Assembly: GCA_977030845.1 (NCBI GenBank)
Contig: OZ365113.1
Span: 13,268,001-13,332,000 of the forward strand
Direction: 5' to 3'
Source: Fimbriosthenelais zetlandica
Lineage: Eukaryota
Length of the DNA: 64,000 nucleotides
This document shows, one piece after another, positions 14,101-26,700 of this stretch (the stretch's first letter is position 1; every line of letters starts with the position of its first letter). A program made the position numbers and the translations under genes. The notes beneath the pieces were generated by a model. It was not told where the DNA came from, made no database searches, and saw nothing but the letters and a program-made list of their open reading frames with translations.

Positions 14101-15755
14101 AGCTGAACAGGGGTCGATAAAATCAGGAAATGTGTGTGCAGTTCCACGGTGGAAAGAAGTTAGGGGCTTAAATCTAGCTGACAGCCGGATGATATGATTA
14201 GAAATGACAGGAAGCAAAGAAAATGAGCTGGTATTTGGTACACATGTATAATGCACAGACCAGTGGTTTGGTTGGATGAAGCGTGCAAAATGGCAATAAC
14301 TCGGATACATAGAGGCAGAAACTACAGATATTCATTATAAATAAATGACATAGAGTGCTCCACCTACTACCACCATGTTTGTTCCCCAGTTGCCATTGCA
14401 TATTAAGGTGTTTCTTATATTATACCATCCTTATTTTTGCAAATAAATAAGGAATTACACGAGAATAACAATCTCATAAATTTGTTCATTCTGACCACAG
14501 AACTAAGCGGACGATCAGAGCTAGGCTAAATATTGCAATCTGGTATTTCTAGGTCACGACCTTGGAAATTTCTTTTCCTATTAACCCGTTTGACAATTCA
14601 CATCAGGATATTTGACCCTATTAAACTCATTGGGAAGAAAAGAAATGTTTCCTGACTGGGTTCAATTTCCTGAGTCACTGAATGCCACTTTGAAAGAAGG
14701 CATGGCAGTAAAACACCTTATAACAGACAATGTGTTTAAAACGGGCTCCAAGAAGCTATTGGCCAGCCTTGCAAATGGGGGTTGAAGAGACTCTTAAATA
14801 AAGCTCCTGAATAGTTCTTCAGCTCCCAGTTCTCACCAAATTCTGCAGAAAACTTCCGTAGATGGCTTGCACTAATAATACACTGGTATAACTTTTACAT
14901 TTATAATGAAATAATTAAAATACTAACGAGCCTATATTTTTGTAGTGCAAATATAAAATAATATGAGGCAATTTGATTTCTGTCGATAACGGGTAAAAAT
15001 GTCCAAGAGAACTTTTCTCAGATACCGAGTGCACTAAGTTATCTTCGTTTAGAAAAGGAGATGTATTTTCGGATAAAAACTCTCTGTAGCCCAGGAAGAA
15101 AATCACTATTTCTATCCATCATCCACTCACTTGGGAATTCGACTTTTATCTAATTCCAAAATATCACATCTTCTCTGAGCTCTTGGAGAAGTTCCAGGAC
15201 TGAAGCGTGACACGTGTTATGAATGCCTTTCCTCATGCCTCACAACAAGTGGCTGTGGACTGTGTGGCTGAATGAGGATGCTTCAGTCCATGCATGATAC
15301 GCCCCTGGGACCAGCAAAAGATCCTTCCACTGCAATACCTTCTTCCTGCCATCTGATCATAATGGTGGTTCCTTTGTACGGGGAGGCTTTTACTATTGGA
15401 AGCTAAGCTATATGGGTCGATTATCATCACCCTGCACGGGTTAAATGCTCATAATGCTTAGGCTAACTACACAATATGGCAGGGTTTTGTTGTTGTTTAT
15501 AAAATAAATATTAACTATTACATATATTTTGGTACACGCCTTTACTATTTATTGATGGTATATTCAGTACATAAGGTTTTCAAGAGATAGCGTCCCCATT
15601 ATCACAAATTTACATTTTTGCCACTATGCAAAACTGAAAGAAATGGTGTGTAAAAAGAAGGATAAGGCCAGCAGAATATAAAACCGGAAAAAAATATGAG
15701 GAGAAAATTGGGACGGGTGGACGGTCTTGGGTTCTTGAAGTTTTATGGACTGCAG

Positions 15756-18497
15756 TTAACTATTACGGCGTTTTATCAGTAGGCCCACCAAAAGGTAAAT
15801 AATGGACAATAGATGCCATATAAATAAGCCCATGCTCTCCAGCAATAGTCGCCAAGTGTACCAAGTATAGTGGTCTTTGCTAGAAACCGTTGGAGCATCA
15901 GCGACAAACCAAGAAGTTATATCTTGCCAATCCAAAAAGATGGAAACTGACAAAGCCAATATGAATATCAAGAGAGAGTCTGCTCTTTGTACGTGATAGC
16001 AAAAGGGGTTGCCACAGGCCATCCATGGGCCACAGAATTCTCCCTTTTTGATTTTGAGATGTCGGCTGCTCTGTATTTCAGTTTGACAATTGGCGGATGA
16101 GTATATCTTCTGTTTCTCAACGCGGGGTGTCTGTGTATAGCGTGTTCCCACTGTTGGTCTTATTCCACTCTGTGTACATGCATTGACCTTTGGAGCACGC
16201 AAGGCAAATCCGATTTCACCAGCCTGAACAGAGGTATTGGAATATTTGGATGTTTTAGTCTGTGTTTCTTTAGTCCTGTTTTTTGTTTTCCTTGTCTGTA
16301 CATACATGTCTCTGTTCTGTACGCTGGTCTGTATGCCCTGGTCCTGGCCTTCTGCTGGTAGGGACACCTGTTGGCTTGCCTCTATCTGTATCTTGGCCAC
16401 AGGCCACACATCTGTCTGCACAGCCATGTGCTCTATCCTGGTCTCTGCCTTTCCGTTTATCTGGTTCGATTCCGTCTCATCAATTTTAGTTTGCAGGCCA
16501 CGCTCCACCTACCAATAACAAAGTTAAACCTCCAAATAGTAATTCAGATTGACCTCTCTTTTCGTCTCATTAAATAGAAATCAATAGTGAGAAAATTTAG
16601 GATATGGGCAAACAATTTCCGATTCCTTTTTGGATAAATTATCTAATAATATGACCATTGTGAGGATGGTAAGGATGGTTAGGCGTTTGTTTTTCTGTAT
16701 GTGTGTGGTAGTTGGTGTGTGTATGAGGGTGTTATGTTTGGTGAAGGAGGAGCACCCTAGACCTTTCCTGGCTTATGGTGCAACACGCAAAGGACCTGAG
16801 GCAAAGTCCTTTTCTATATACTACGACTTACTAGTGTTGAGATCTCAGACGGTTGATAAACATTCCTCGGGCAACATTCGTCTAGCTTTGAATCAATCAA
16901 TTTCGGGAGGCCCTGAGGAGGCATTCCTCCGCATATGTGGATTAAGGGGCTGGGGTGGATTGGTGCGAATATAAAACCCAGATCCGAATATTGTTGTTGA
17001 ATATATTATCTACGATTATAACTAACTCTGAGTGCCATGCTTGCAAGCATCAATGCCATGCATTCAGGGCATGCATTTGGATGAGGTGTTTGGATGTACG
17101 AGGATGCAATAAGACTACAATGTTCTGCATGCAATAAGCATTAATAGTGCTAATATGTGCGACCGTTATTTAAATTACCAAGCTTGGAATTGCAATAGGC
17201 TAATGAGTCTGTCCAACACAAATGCTTTGGTCCTGATATATAGAATGGACCATCCAATAAAACTCATGAGAATGATCATCACAAATCTAGCTTACATAGC
17301 AGTGGCCTTATAAGTTATAGTGTATTACATTTCATCCAATTATTAATGAAATAATTTGTAAGTTTTTCTCAAATATTACTCAGATATTATAGGAGTATAT
17401 TTACCTTAGTTACAAGGAGTTTACTTCTGTCATCCGAAGTTTTCCAGGCATCTATCACAGTTTCTATTGCCCGATTCCTGGGAGCATAACGTGAGTATTG
17501 ATGGTAGGGTGTGGTGTACCGACAAGTTGGACAAATCACTGGTGTTAATTCAAAAGGTCGACGAGAATTGAAACCGTTATTATTGTACTCTGTTTTAGCC
17601 AGCATCTCAAGACATCTGAAACAACCAAGTCAAGACAAGGGTTATCCTTATGAATATGATACGACTATATATCAGATAGATTGTTAATTTTTAATAAATT
17701 AAAATAGATTAATAGATGCAATGTATTGAATAATAATTTATCAATGTAGAATAGTGAAATATTGGACTCAACTGCACTTTAGGTCAAGTTACTTACCCTC
17801 GGCAAAATGTGTGTCCACAGACGAGCACATAGGCATCCTGGAAGTATTCAAAACAAATACAGCAGTGAAGGGCTGAAGTCCAGTGGTTGGGGTCCCAAAG
17901 CTCTTCATATGATATACTCGCAACAACTTTCGTATCAAAATCAGTAATGGTAGAATTGTCAGTCGTCTCACTTTCAGACTCAGGTCGGGGACTGGTGTCT
18001 TCTGATGCAAATGGTGCTGGTATTTCGCTATCATGATTTGGTAATGCAGCTTCGTTGGCAACAGGAATAGATGCCATTTCGGACAATAATTGTTGTGTTT
18101 GATGCTGGTTCCCAACTTGAATAAATCCTGATTGCATTGGACCAGAATTCGAAATAGGGCGGTCACCAATGCCCGTGTACCTATTGTCTACAGCCTGTAG
18201 GCCTAGTACAGGTCTGGTTGTCAGAACTCCAAAACCAGAATCAGTCATAACCTCTGTTCGAGTAATATATCCCCTCTCATATGGAGATGGAATATTAGTT
18301 ATGCTGGAAATTTCCTGGAGACCTTGTCCTGGAGGATGAAAAGGTGGCCGCAGATAATTTAGACCAATTGTCTGATTTAGTGAAGAGTTATTTGGTGTCA
18401 TTTGCGTCTCCACAATCCGGCGGGACCTTCGATTTTGTCTGCCTCTTCCCATTTGGCCTTGGGGTCCTGTGTTTGTACTTCTCAAATTATTTGGCAT
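15756..18497 (-). CDS. C3HC4 RING finger protein with multivalent LC8-type xQT motif array and two C-terminal transmembrane segments (~554 aa)
   Basis: Exons 18497-17797, 17615-17405 and 16508-15756. Junctions CGA GG|gtaagt...tttcag|A TGT (phase 2) and ACT AAG|gtaaat...ttggtag|GTG GAG (phase 0); total 1665 nt, in frame. The RING spans the first junction: CCICFEYFQDAYVLVCGHTFCRG/CLEM...VICPTCR. Hydrophobic segments are SLLIFILALSVSIFL and LLLESMGLFIWHLLSIIYLLVGLLI. There is a minus-strand AATAAA at 15548-15553. Confidence 0.85.
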
Positions 18498-19091
18498 TGT
18501 GAGGTCCTAACGTTAGATCCCAGAAATTCAATTAGATGTTTCAAAAATGAGCCTCGGTTTTCCTCCCTCCAAATTGGTTAAATTAAATGAAAACCATACA
18601 CATTTTGAAGGTAAAAGCAAAGTAAAATAACCGGGAAAAAAAATCGCTGGCCTTCGACGACGGAACAAAAGCGGTAACTGCCCGGAAGTGGGTGTCTCGA
18701 GGGTTACATGCTGCTTCCTGACGTCACAAGCCTCGATGTCGCCATGGGGTACAGCCCAAAAACAAGACCAAAGTGATATATTCTGAGCCGTGAAATATGA
18801 ATTTTCTCCATTCATTTTAATTAATTTCTCGGAAAGAAACTAAATATTATAACGGGAATCGAAAAAAGTCTCGTTTTCTAACGCAATCTCATGTGATTGT
18901 ACTATGACGCAACCGGTCGCCGATAGCGACACGCCACCTATGGTCCCATAGTAACATAGGCATAGCGACTCATTGCTTAGTGAGAGCTCTATGGGGAGAG
19001 TCGAGCCACCTACAAGCCACAAGGGGCCAAGACTTTATCCATATAGAGTGGAACTTTTACGAAGTCAAAGTGATCAAAAACCTCCCACAAT
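18498..19091. promoter_or_regulatory. Putative bidirectional promoter between RING gene and BTB-Kelch gene
   Basis: 594 bp between divergent ATGs, locally CpG-rich. It contains ETS CCGGAAGTG (18682-18690), CRE TGACGTCA (18719-18726) abutting CTTCC, and an X-box-like GTCTCGAGGGTTAC (18694-18707). Confidence 0.65.
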
Positions 19092-22000
19092 ATGAAGAAA
19101 TCTGAATCCTTTTCTTCAAAAATGGCAGAACGGTCATCCTCCTCCCGTGTCATGTTGGAGAAAACCCCAAGTGGAAATCACTTTAAGGGTGACACGAACC
19201 AAATCCTATTCAAAACTTCATCCCTAGCCCTGTTGAAAGCCAAAAAACACCCTAAACAATTGCGTACAGATTCATCCTACATGGAAGGGGCTAAAAGAGT
19301 AATGGACTTCATGTGTCACTTGTGGAAAAATGGCCGTTTGTGTGATGTGACCCTTACATGTTCTGATGATGAAACATTGTGGGCCCACAAGGTTACCCTG
19401 GGTGCTCACAGCACCTACCTAGCCAAGCAGTTCGGTGACCAGCCTCTTGGTACAATATGTCATATCAATCTGAACAGATTTCCCGCCCAAATCCTTCGTG
19501 ACATACTCGGCTTTATTTACACCACCGACTTAGAGCTCACAAAGGAGAATATTGACGCAATCTTGGAATGTGCTTTTGAGATGGGGTTAGACTTGTTGGT
19601 TATGGCATGTAAAGACTACCTCGGCATTTGTCGCGTCGATACCGCCCTAGCTTTCCTTGGTACCGCCAAGAAATTCAAGCTCAACGATATCACGACCCTT
19701 CTACTCGCCTTCATCTCAAATAACTTTTCAGCTGTGTGTCAAAGTCCAGATTATCTTGGGTCAGACGTGGCTTTAATCAGAAATATAGCAAGGGATGGAA
19801 TGTTGGGCTTGTCCAGTGAGCTAGAGATTTTCCTGTCCATTGTGACTTGGATTGATTTTGATCGACCTAGCAGGTTGCAATATGCTCCAGAGTTGATTGG
19901 CTATGTACGGATGTTTCTGATAAAACCGGAAGTACTGGTCACCCACGTGGAAAGTGTAACATTCATCTTCTCAATCCCAGAATGCCACAATCAGTTGCAT
20001 ACTGCTTTCAAGTGAGTATAGGTTAAATATTATGTTGGAAGCTATTATATAGAGCAGGGCCTATACTATAGGCCTTGCAATGTTTTCAAATATCCATAAT
20101 GAAAATCAGTCTATAGGATTATTATATTGGGCCTCTTGATTTACGTACCTCTATGGGCCTATTTTTGTACCAATGGGCTACACTGATATTGGCAGGATCT
20201 GTTAATTTTAATAGGGCTTGGAATGCATGAACATTATTTCTTTTCTCACCCAAGGTACCACTCACTGAAACTAAGTGGAAGCAACTTGGCAAAATCATTC
20301 CCCAAGCAAACTCCGAGGTCAGCCTCTATTCCACCCATTGAATCTGAGACTGGGCCACGTTATAGGCAGCAAATATCATTATATTTGGATGGAAACACAC
20401 CACAAGTAATTAGGTTTTCTTTGTTAAACTTTTTCGAACAATCGATCAAATACGATTCACTTTATCACTAGTGAATGATTAAGCATTCCTACCAATTTGA
20501 TTAAGCATTGGCATGCAAATGGCATATTACTAGGCAATTGGCAACCTAGATTCAACTCATTCAAAGAGGTAATTAAAGTGTAATCATTATTCAGTGAATT
20601 AAAGTGGAGTCTGCTTTCGGTTTCCACCCTCCAGGAAACACATAAATGTTATCTTTTGAATAAAGAGAGAATAAGTATCATTATCAACCCTTTGGACCAT
20701 ACAGTTTCAGAGTATAGGCCTAGGACAATTTGATCTTTCAGAACAATGTGCGCGAGTGGACACTCCCTATTGGAAAGAGGAGCTCACATAAGTTGGTGGC
20801 GCCATCTGAAGAAAGAAATGTAAAGTACTCTCCAGTCCGGGATATTGAGAAATCTTTAGTACTTGTGGCTGTTGGGGGCTTAGACCTGCAGGTAAGTTTT
20901 TCTAAATTTCGTGTCATGTTCTGAAAAGGTATAATTAAGCAGATCTTCAACTGAACTCCGAAAAATGATTAGGCCTAGAATATAATTATTTCCATATTTT
21001 CAGAATTTTAAGGCAGAAGTACCAGGGAGGAGTGTTTTTGCATTTGACAATTCTGTTTGCCGCTGGCAATCACTCACCGAAATGAGCTACTATACACATC
21101 ACCATGGTGTAGTATCTATTGGCAGGAGCATCTACATCATTGGTAAATATATTTTTTAGATTGGTAAATATTAAATCCGTGATTGATAAAGAGTTAAAGT
21201 GGGAATATTTTTGTTACATCAAACATCATATTTTTACAAACCTGTGCCTTCAATGATATCTCCTAATTAATTCAGGTGGAGCAGTATTCAACCCCAAAAC
21301 TCCTGATCACATAGGAACAACTACAAGTATGGTCCATGCTTACGACGCCATTACAGCACAATGGCGACGCCTATCAGACATGAAGGAAAGCAGGGCCTAT
21401 CATGCCGTATCCAGCTACAATGGCTTCATCTATGCAATAGGTGGGGAAGGAGAAAACAAGAGGTAATAAACTAATCAAAATTCAAGGGAAATCCCCTATA
21501 ATGTTTATAGAGACAATAGTAGACCTATTGATTAATTTCAAAGCTGATTATCTAGTTTCGAAATATGGTCACCTCGCTCCATCACTACACACCTTTCCTT
21601 TCCTTTTAGCTCTAGTTCGTGCACTAATACATCCCTAGGCTGAAAGTCACGATGCTCCGTGAGCTTAGCACGGTCCTGTATGGCTGTATAAATATCATAA
21701 ATTTAAAAAAAGTACCTCAGGATCGTCTGTTTTGTTTTTCAGGATGTTGGACAGTATCGAGCAGTATGACGTGAATGCCGATCAGTGGACGTTCCTGACT
21801 AGGCTGCCTACAGGCCCTAAGATTGGCCTCAGTGCTGCCGTCTGCAGGGGAAACATGTTCGTCATTGGAGGCTACAACAAAGCCAGGCCAGGCAATCCTG
21901 TCCTTAACGACGTTGAATGCTTTGACATCCTCAATAAGAAGTAAGAATCAATTCATACATGTCTGGACAGTCCATCTCTTAAAAAGCCGGGGCCCTTCCG

Positions 22001-23424
22001 GTTTTCTCATTAATAAGCCCTATATATATATAAGCATGGTTTGAAAGCAAACTGAATTCTTTGAACTCATGACGTCACATGCATCTCCTGAACTCAATTT
22101 GCAGGTGGAGACCAAAAAATCCACTTGGTCAGCCCCGTTGCCATGCAAGCCTGTTGACTGTGAAGGGAAGTATGTATCTGATTGGTGGACGCACCAAAGT
22201 AGAAGGCCCGACTTCCACAATAACGTCTCTCAGCAGCGTCCTCGTCTACGATGACGTCACAGACAGCTGGCGGAAAATAACTAACCTACGTGTCGCACGT
22301 CACGATGCCGGAAGTGCTGTCATTGGTGGGTATCCTGAGCAGGTTTTGAATCTCTATGTTCCCATTGAAGACAGATCGTTGATCATCACTTATAGAATGA
22401 TTAGAAACTTCTATTGATGTGCAATTTTATTAGACCTGCAGGTGAAAACTGGGGTTAAGCTAGCCTATATTTATAAATCCTCTTATTTCGGACAGACTGA
22501 TTTTGTATTAGGCTTATAATGATGTCCAATGAGAATTTGAGTCAAGATCTTGAGAGATTGCAAACCTAGTTGTTGTGTTCATGATGTAGCAGGAGCATGC
22601 AGTCTAGTGGTAGTCGACGTGTTTGTCTAAGCGCCTTGCACTCAATAAAACATTCAATAACAAATTTTGACTAAAAATCACCAAGCGAACTGATTGGATT
22701 TGCAACGCGAGATGACAGCACGGAGTTCCCTCCACGATAGTGTTCTACTCAAGAATATCATCTTCACGGGAAATTGTCTCGCTGCTCGATTGCATTTCAA
22801 TGAAAAAAAAAATCATCCCTGAGCTTGCTTTGGACATGTTTTCACAGAACCACTGAATGTTTGCTTGGGATGAATATTGGTGGTGTAGAAATAGAAATCC
22901 TCTGGTGTCCAGTGAGTACACATTTGTAGAGGAGGCTAATCTTCTAGGAGGAGATGGGTAATTTCCTGCCCAGCCAGGAAACAGCCCCCACCCCACTAGT
23001 AAATGATCACTGATCTCGCAGACTCAGTGTATTGAGTGCCTGACTTGAGTATGTGTCTATGTGTAGCCTATTTGGGGATTTTCCTGCATTCAGTGGATGT
23101 GGGTGTGAAACCTGGGCAAAGCCATGAATTGTATTGCGACAGCCGAGGCCAATCACGCCTCGGCTAAATTAAAAAATGGAGAAAATTACAGTTATTGTCG
23201 AGTATGAAGTCCTCAGGTTACGTAGTCATGTGTAGTAATTTTATTAAATTTGTATTACAGATTCCAAGATATATATCGTTGGGGGAATGACAACACCAAG
23301 TCCTTACTGCCTCCCGTCCGTTGAATGTCTTGACATCACCACTGGTCAGTGGGAAGAGAAGAATATCAACCTTCCTTACAATGCTGCAGGTCTGGCCTGT
23401 TGTGCACTAGACACAGAAATCTAG
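19092..23424 (+). CDS. BTB-BACK-Kelch (KLHL-type, putative Cullin-3 adaptor) protein, ~709 aa, six Kelch repeats
   Basis: Exons 19092-20011, 20255-20405, 20742-20891, 21004-21142, 21276-21462, 21743-21940, 22105-22325 and 23261-23424, all GT-AG, total 2130 nt in frame. BTB signature LCDVTL...AHKVTLGAHSTY, a BACK domain, and Kelch GG motifs (VAVGG, YIIGG, YAIGG, FVIGG, YLIGG, YIVGG). Confidence 0.93.
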
Positions 23425-23748
23425 TGTGACTTATCGAGTTGCCCAATGATCAATAAGTTCCCTGCACACGAATTCAATACTAACAAAACCATCCTAAGTA
23501 TGAGACCCTGAGCACGACCTGAATATTTACAACTAAATAATCTAAATTACGTTAGATGTCGAACCATTCTGTTAATGATACCTTTATTTATTCAATCAAA
23601 TTGATGATCAGTAATGTGCCTGTTCCTATGTACATGTACCATCCATTTTAATCCATTCGGTTATTATAATTATGCCAGTAAAGTTACTTGACAAGAACTA
23701 TCATTCATTGGAATAAAATATTTTAACATCAAGACATGCTGAATGGAT

Positions 23749-26700
23749 TTACACTTCTGTTTCTCTACGACTTGTCCTACCATTAACATTAGATGAAATA
23801 TCCACGTTGTATATCCTGTGATAGATGTATAATCTCAATCTGTACAGAGCATAGATAAAACATTGGCATAGTGGTGTGGCCACCAAGACTATACCTATCA
23901 CGATAGCAGTAGCAATCCCTGGTTGATTCCAATCAAGAATTACTGGGTAGAGAATATTGTTATCTCTATCTAGGGCCCAGTAAGCAATGCTAAACACCAC
24001 ATAAGTAATTCCATATGCCACTGGGTAAACAAAATGCAAGATCCTGACTGGAATTGCACTCAATGAGATCTCAAGGAACACAATCAATGAGTTGATGCCA
24101 TGGAGATTTATGTCCAGGATGCCAGGTTGATAATTCGGCTCTTCCCGTTTTAACATAGGGAACAATATAAAGAAATAAACAGCAGAAACTACAAAAGCTG
24201 AAACAACTGCTATGTTGTAAAACAACCAAGACATCTTCACAAAGAAGGGGAGGCTTTTAGGTGCAGTTGATCTTCTGGAAGTAGCCTCGATATATGAAAT
24301 GCTGGGAGGTAAGGGAGCCCCCACAAGAGAGGTATTCGTGCCTATTGAGCGGGTGTTTTTGACATTTTCAGTTTCTTCTAATTTAACATGTGAATTCCGG
24401 ACCTTGTGCTTGGCCCTGCCTGGTTTGGATTCCCTCACCCTTGGTTGGACAACTGTAACATTTTCACCATTTCCAACTGGGTTAACTAGTGTTTTCTCAC
24501 TTCTATCTGGATGTAATATGATAGTATGTTTTCTATGTTTAGATCTTAAATTTCGGTAAAATTCTAATTCATCAGGGGTATATGGAAGTGCTGTGCTGCA
24601 GACTCTTGGTTTATGTCTGTCTCTAGGTATCACAGATGAACCACGAGCTTTAGATTGTAATCGTCTGTGTTTTTTATGACCATCATTGATTTCCTCCAAT
24701 CGCACCTCATTCAGATCATTGGCATCTATCTGAGCAGATTCAGATTCGCCTTGTAGTGCATGCAGTGCCACAGCATGATTATGTGTACCACTTCCGGAAA
24801 GTGAGACACGACCATCAACACCTCCATGTGGTGACCTTGATCTTCTTCTCTTCCCTCCTGAGGTCAAACGTCGACCTTTTGAGCGGATTTTATCAAGAGA
24901 ACTATTACTACTCTTGTACTTAAAACCCACTGCTCTCCCTCCTCGATGACACACTTTAACGTGCCTTCGCCGCCTCTGCTTTCTTTCACTTGCCCTCTGT
25001 TGTTGGTCAGGATGAGTAGGTCTACTAGTGTCCATATGATGTGCTCCGTGACCTTGTACTTTATGTCCGGTTCTGCCTTCCACCCCGGCAGCCACTGTAC
25101 CAGCTTCAGTGGATGCCTTACGGGACGCGGTAGTGAGTACATGCTTGACATTGTCATCAGCCCCATCACACTCAGGGCGTCGGCTTCTGTTGCGCCCCTC
25201 ATTAATTACTCGTTTGAGAGCCCCTTCTGCTGGCTGACTGGCTGAAATTCCAGCACATAAAACCCCAACAGACTTCTGTCTGGTCGGCCCTTGGGCGTCG
25301 CCCTCGCTGCCCTTGCTCTGCTCCCCGTGATCCTTGACCTTTGACCTTCGCTTGACATTAGTGACGCCATTACACCCTGTTGATGTGGCCTCCACAAGAT
25401 GTCGCTTTCTGTGATTGTCATCAGTTTTGTACTCGTTATTGTTATACTTGAGGACCTTCTGTTTTCTTTTGCCCCCTGTAGCGGCGATCTTCTTTTTCTG
25501 GCATTCCTGTGGCGGCGGGTACGCCGCTGTGGTTTCTTGTGTGCCGCATGGTGGCGCGCCACCTTGAAACCACGTGGTGATCACATGATTTCCATTTCTC
25601 TGTTCACAGATTTGTTGCGGGTTTGAAGCACTTCTGATATCCTTCCGCCTAGCAGAGTGGAAAATAGTTATAAGCAAGGCCAGAGTGAGGTGGAGACCCA
25701 GCACTAGATATGACCAGTTGGTGTAAAACACAATTGTCACATGACTACCAAACGTTGGGATAGTGACGTAGCCATAAACGTTCCATCCAATGACGTAGCT
25801 TGCAGCCACCAAGCGGTAGATGACAAAGATGGGACGTGGCCACCTCCACTGGAATGAAGAACAAAACTGTTAGATTGTTTTCGGTTACTTTCTGTATGAA
25901 AAAGGAATAGTTTTAAATTGAAAGGTTGAATTTTTCTATTAGTGACACAGTTAAAGCCTTCTTTCTATCCCTCAGTCATGAATCTTGTTTTAGGGGTAAA
26001 CGTGTAAACGCCTACTATCTGTCCATAAGACTTGCTCTTGATTCATATTCACAGAAACGATTTGTGTTTTCTCTTCCTAAACATAAGCTAACTTTGTGAT
26101 AAATGTGGACTTTTCACTGTTTTAATGTACATATTGCCATGGTTACTGATATTACGTTATCTTGGCAGTTTCTCTCACTAGGTGGGCCCTCATGCCATCT
26201 CCACTCTGATGAAACCCTACATGTGATGTGAAAGTGAGTGGTTCGACCACCCTGAGGTATATCCCCTAACCGCCCTCACCCTAGAGATTAATGTCAGCTT
26301 AGTCAGCCTCTTGTTCTTTCTCTTCGTTCCTTTAATATTTCTTGCCAAGAAATACTGATAACAAAAAATCATGCCAGTCAAAGTAAATAATGATATCAAT
26401 TCACAATGTGAATGTTCATCCTAAATAACCAAGAAATAAAATTGGCTACGTATTCAAAGCAAATATTCGCAGTAAAGGACATTATCGTGTTATCTCTGAA
26501 CAACAAGAACTTAAGCCTGAACTCCCAGACCTCACGCGTAGATCGCCAGGAGGCCGCATGGGGTCGCTGTGGTGAGATGTTCTGTCATCGGCACCTCTAC
26601 CTCGTTCTGCTCGCTCTGTTGCCTACAATAGATAACTGACAGGGGGTCTGCGGAGAACGTGGTAGGAGGTTCAGGGTTTGTTTTACATCTTCAATGGAAG

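Noticed and set aside
16237-16577. Plus-strand ORFs (93, 68 and 68 aa) overlapping the xQT-rich exon; likewise 24299-25626 plus-strand ORFs and many short ORFs opposite dynein exons
   Set aside because: Antisense shadows of real coding exons, with no domain features or splice support.
23141-23165. Perfect 9-bp hairpin AGCCGAGGC-CAATCAC-GCCTCGGCT in Kelch intron 7
   Set aside because: Isolated, with no Helitron CTRR end or other element boundary; probably a small repeat remnant.
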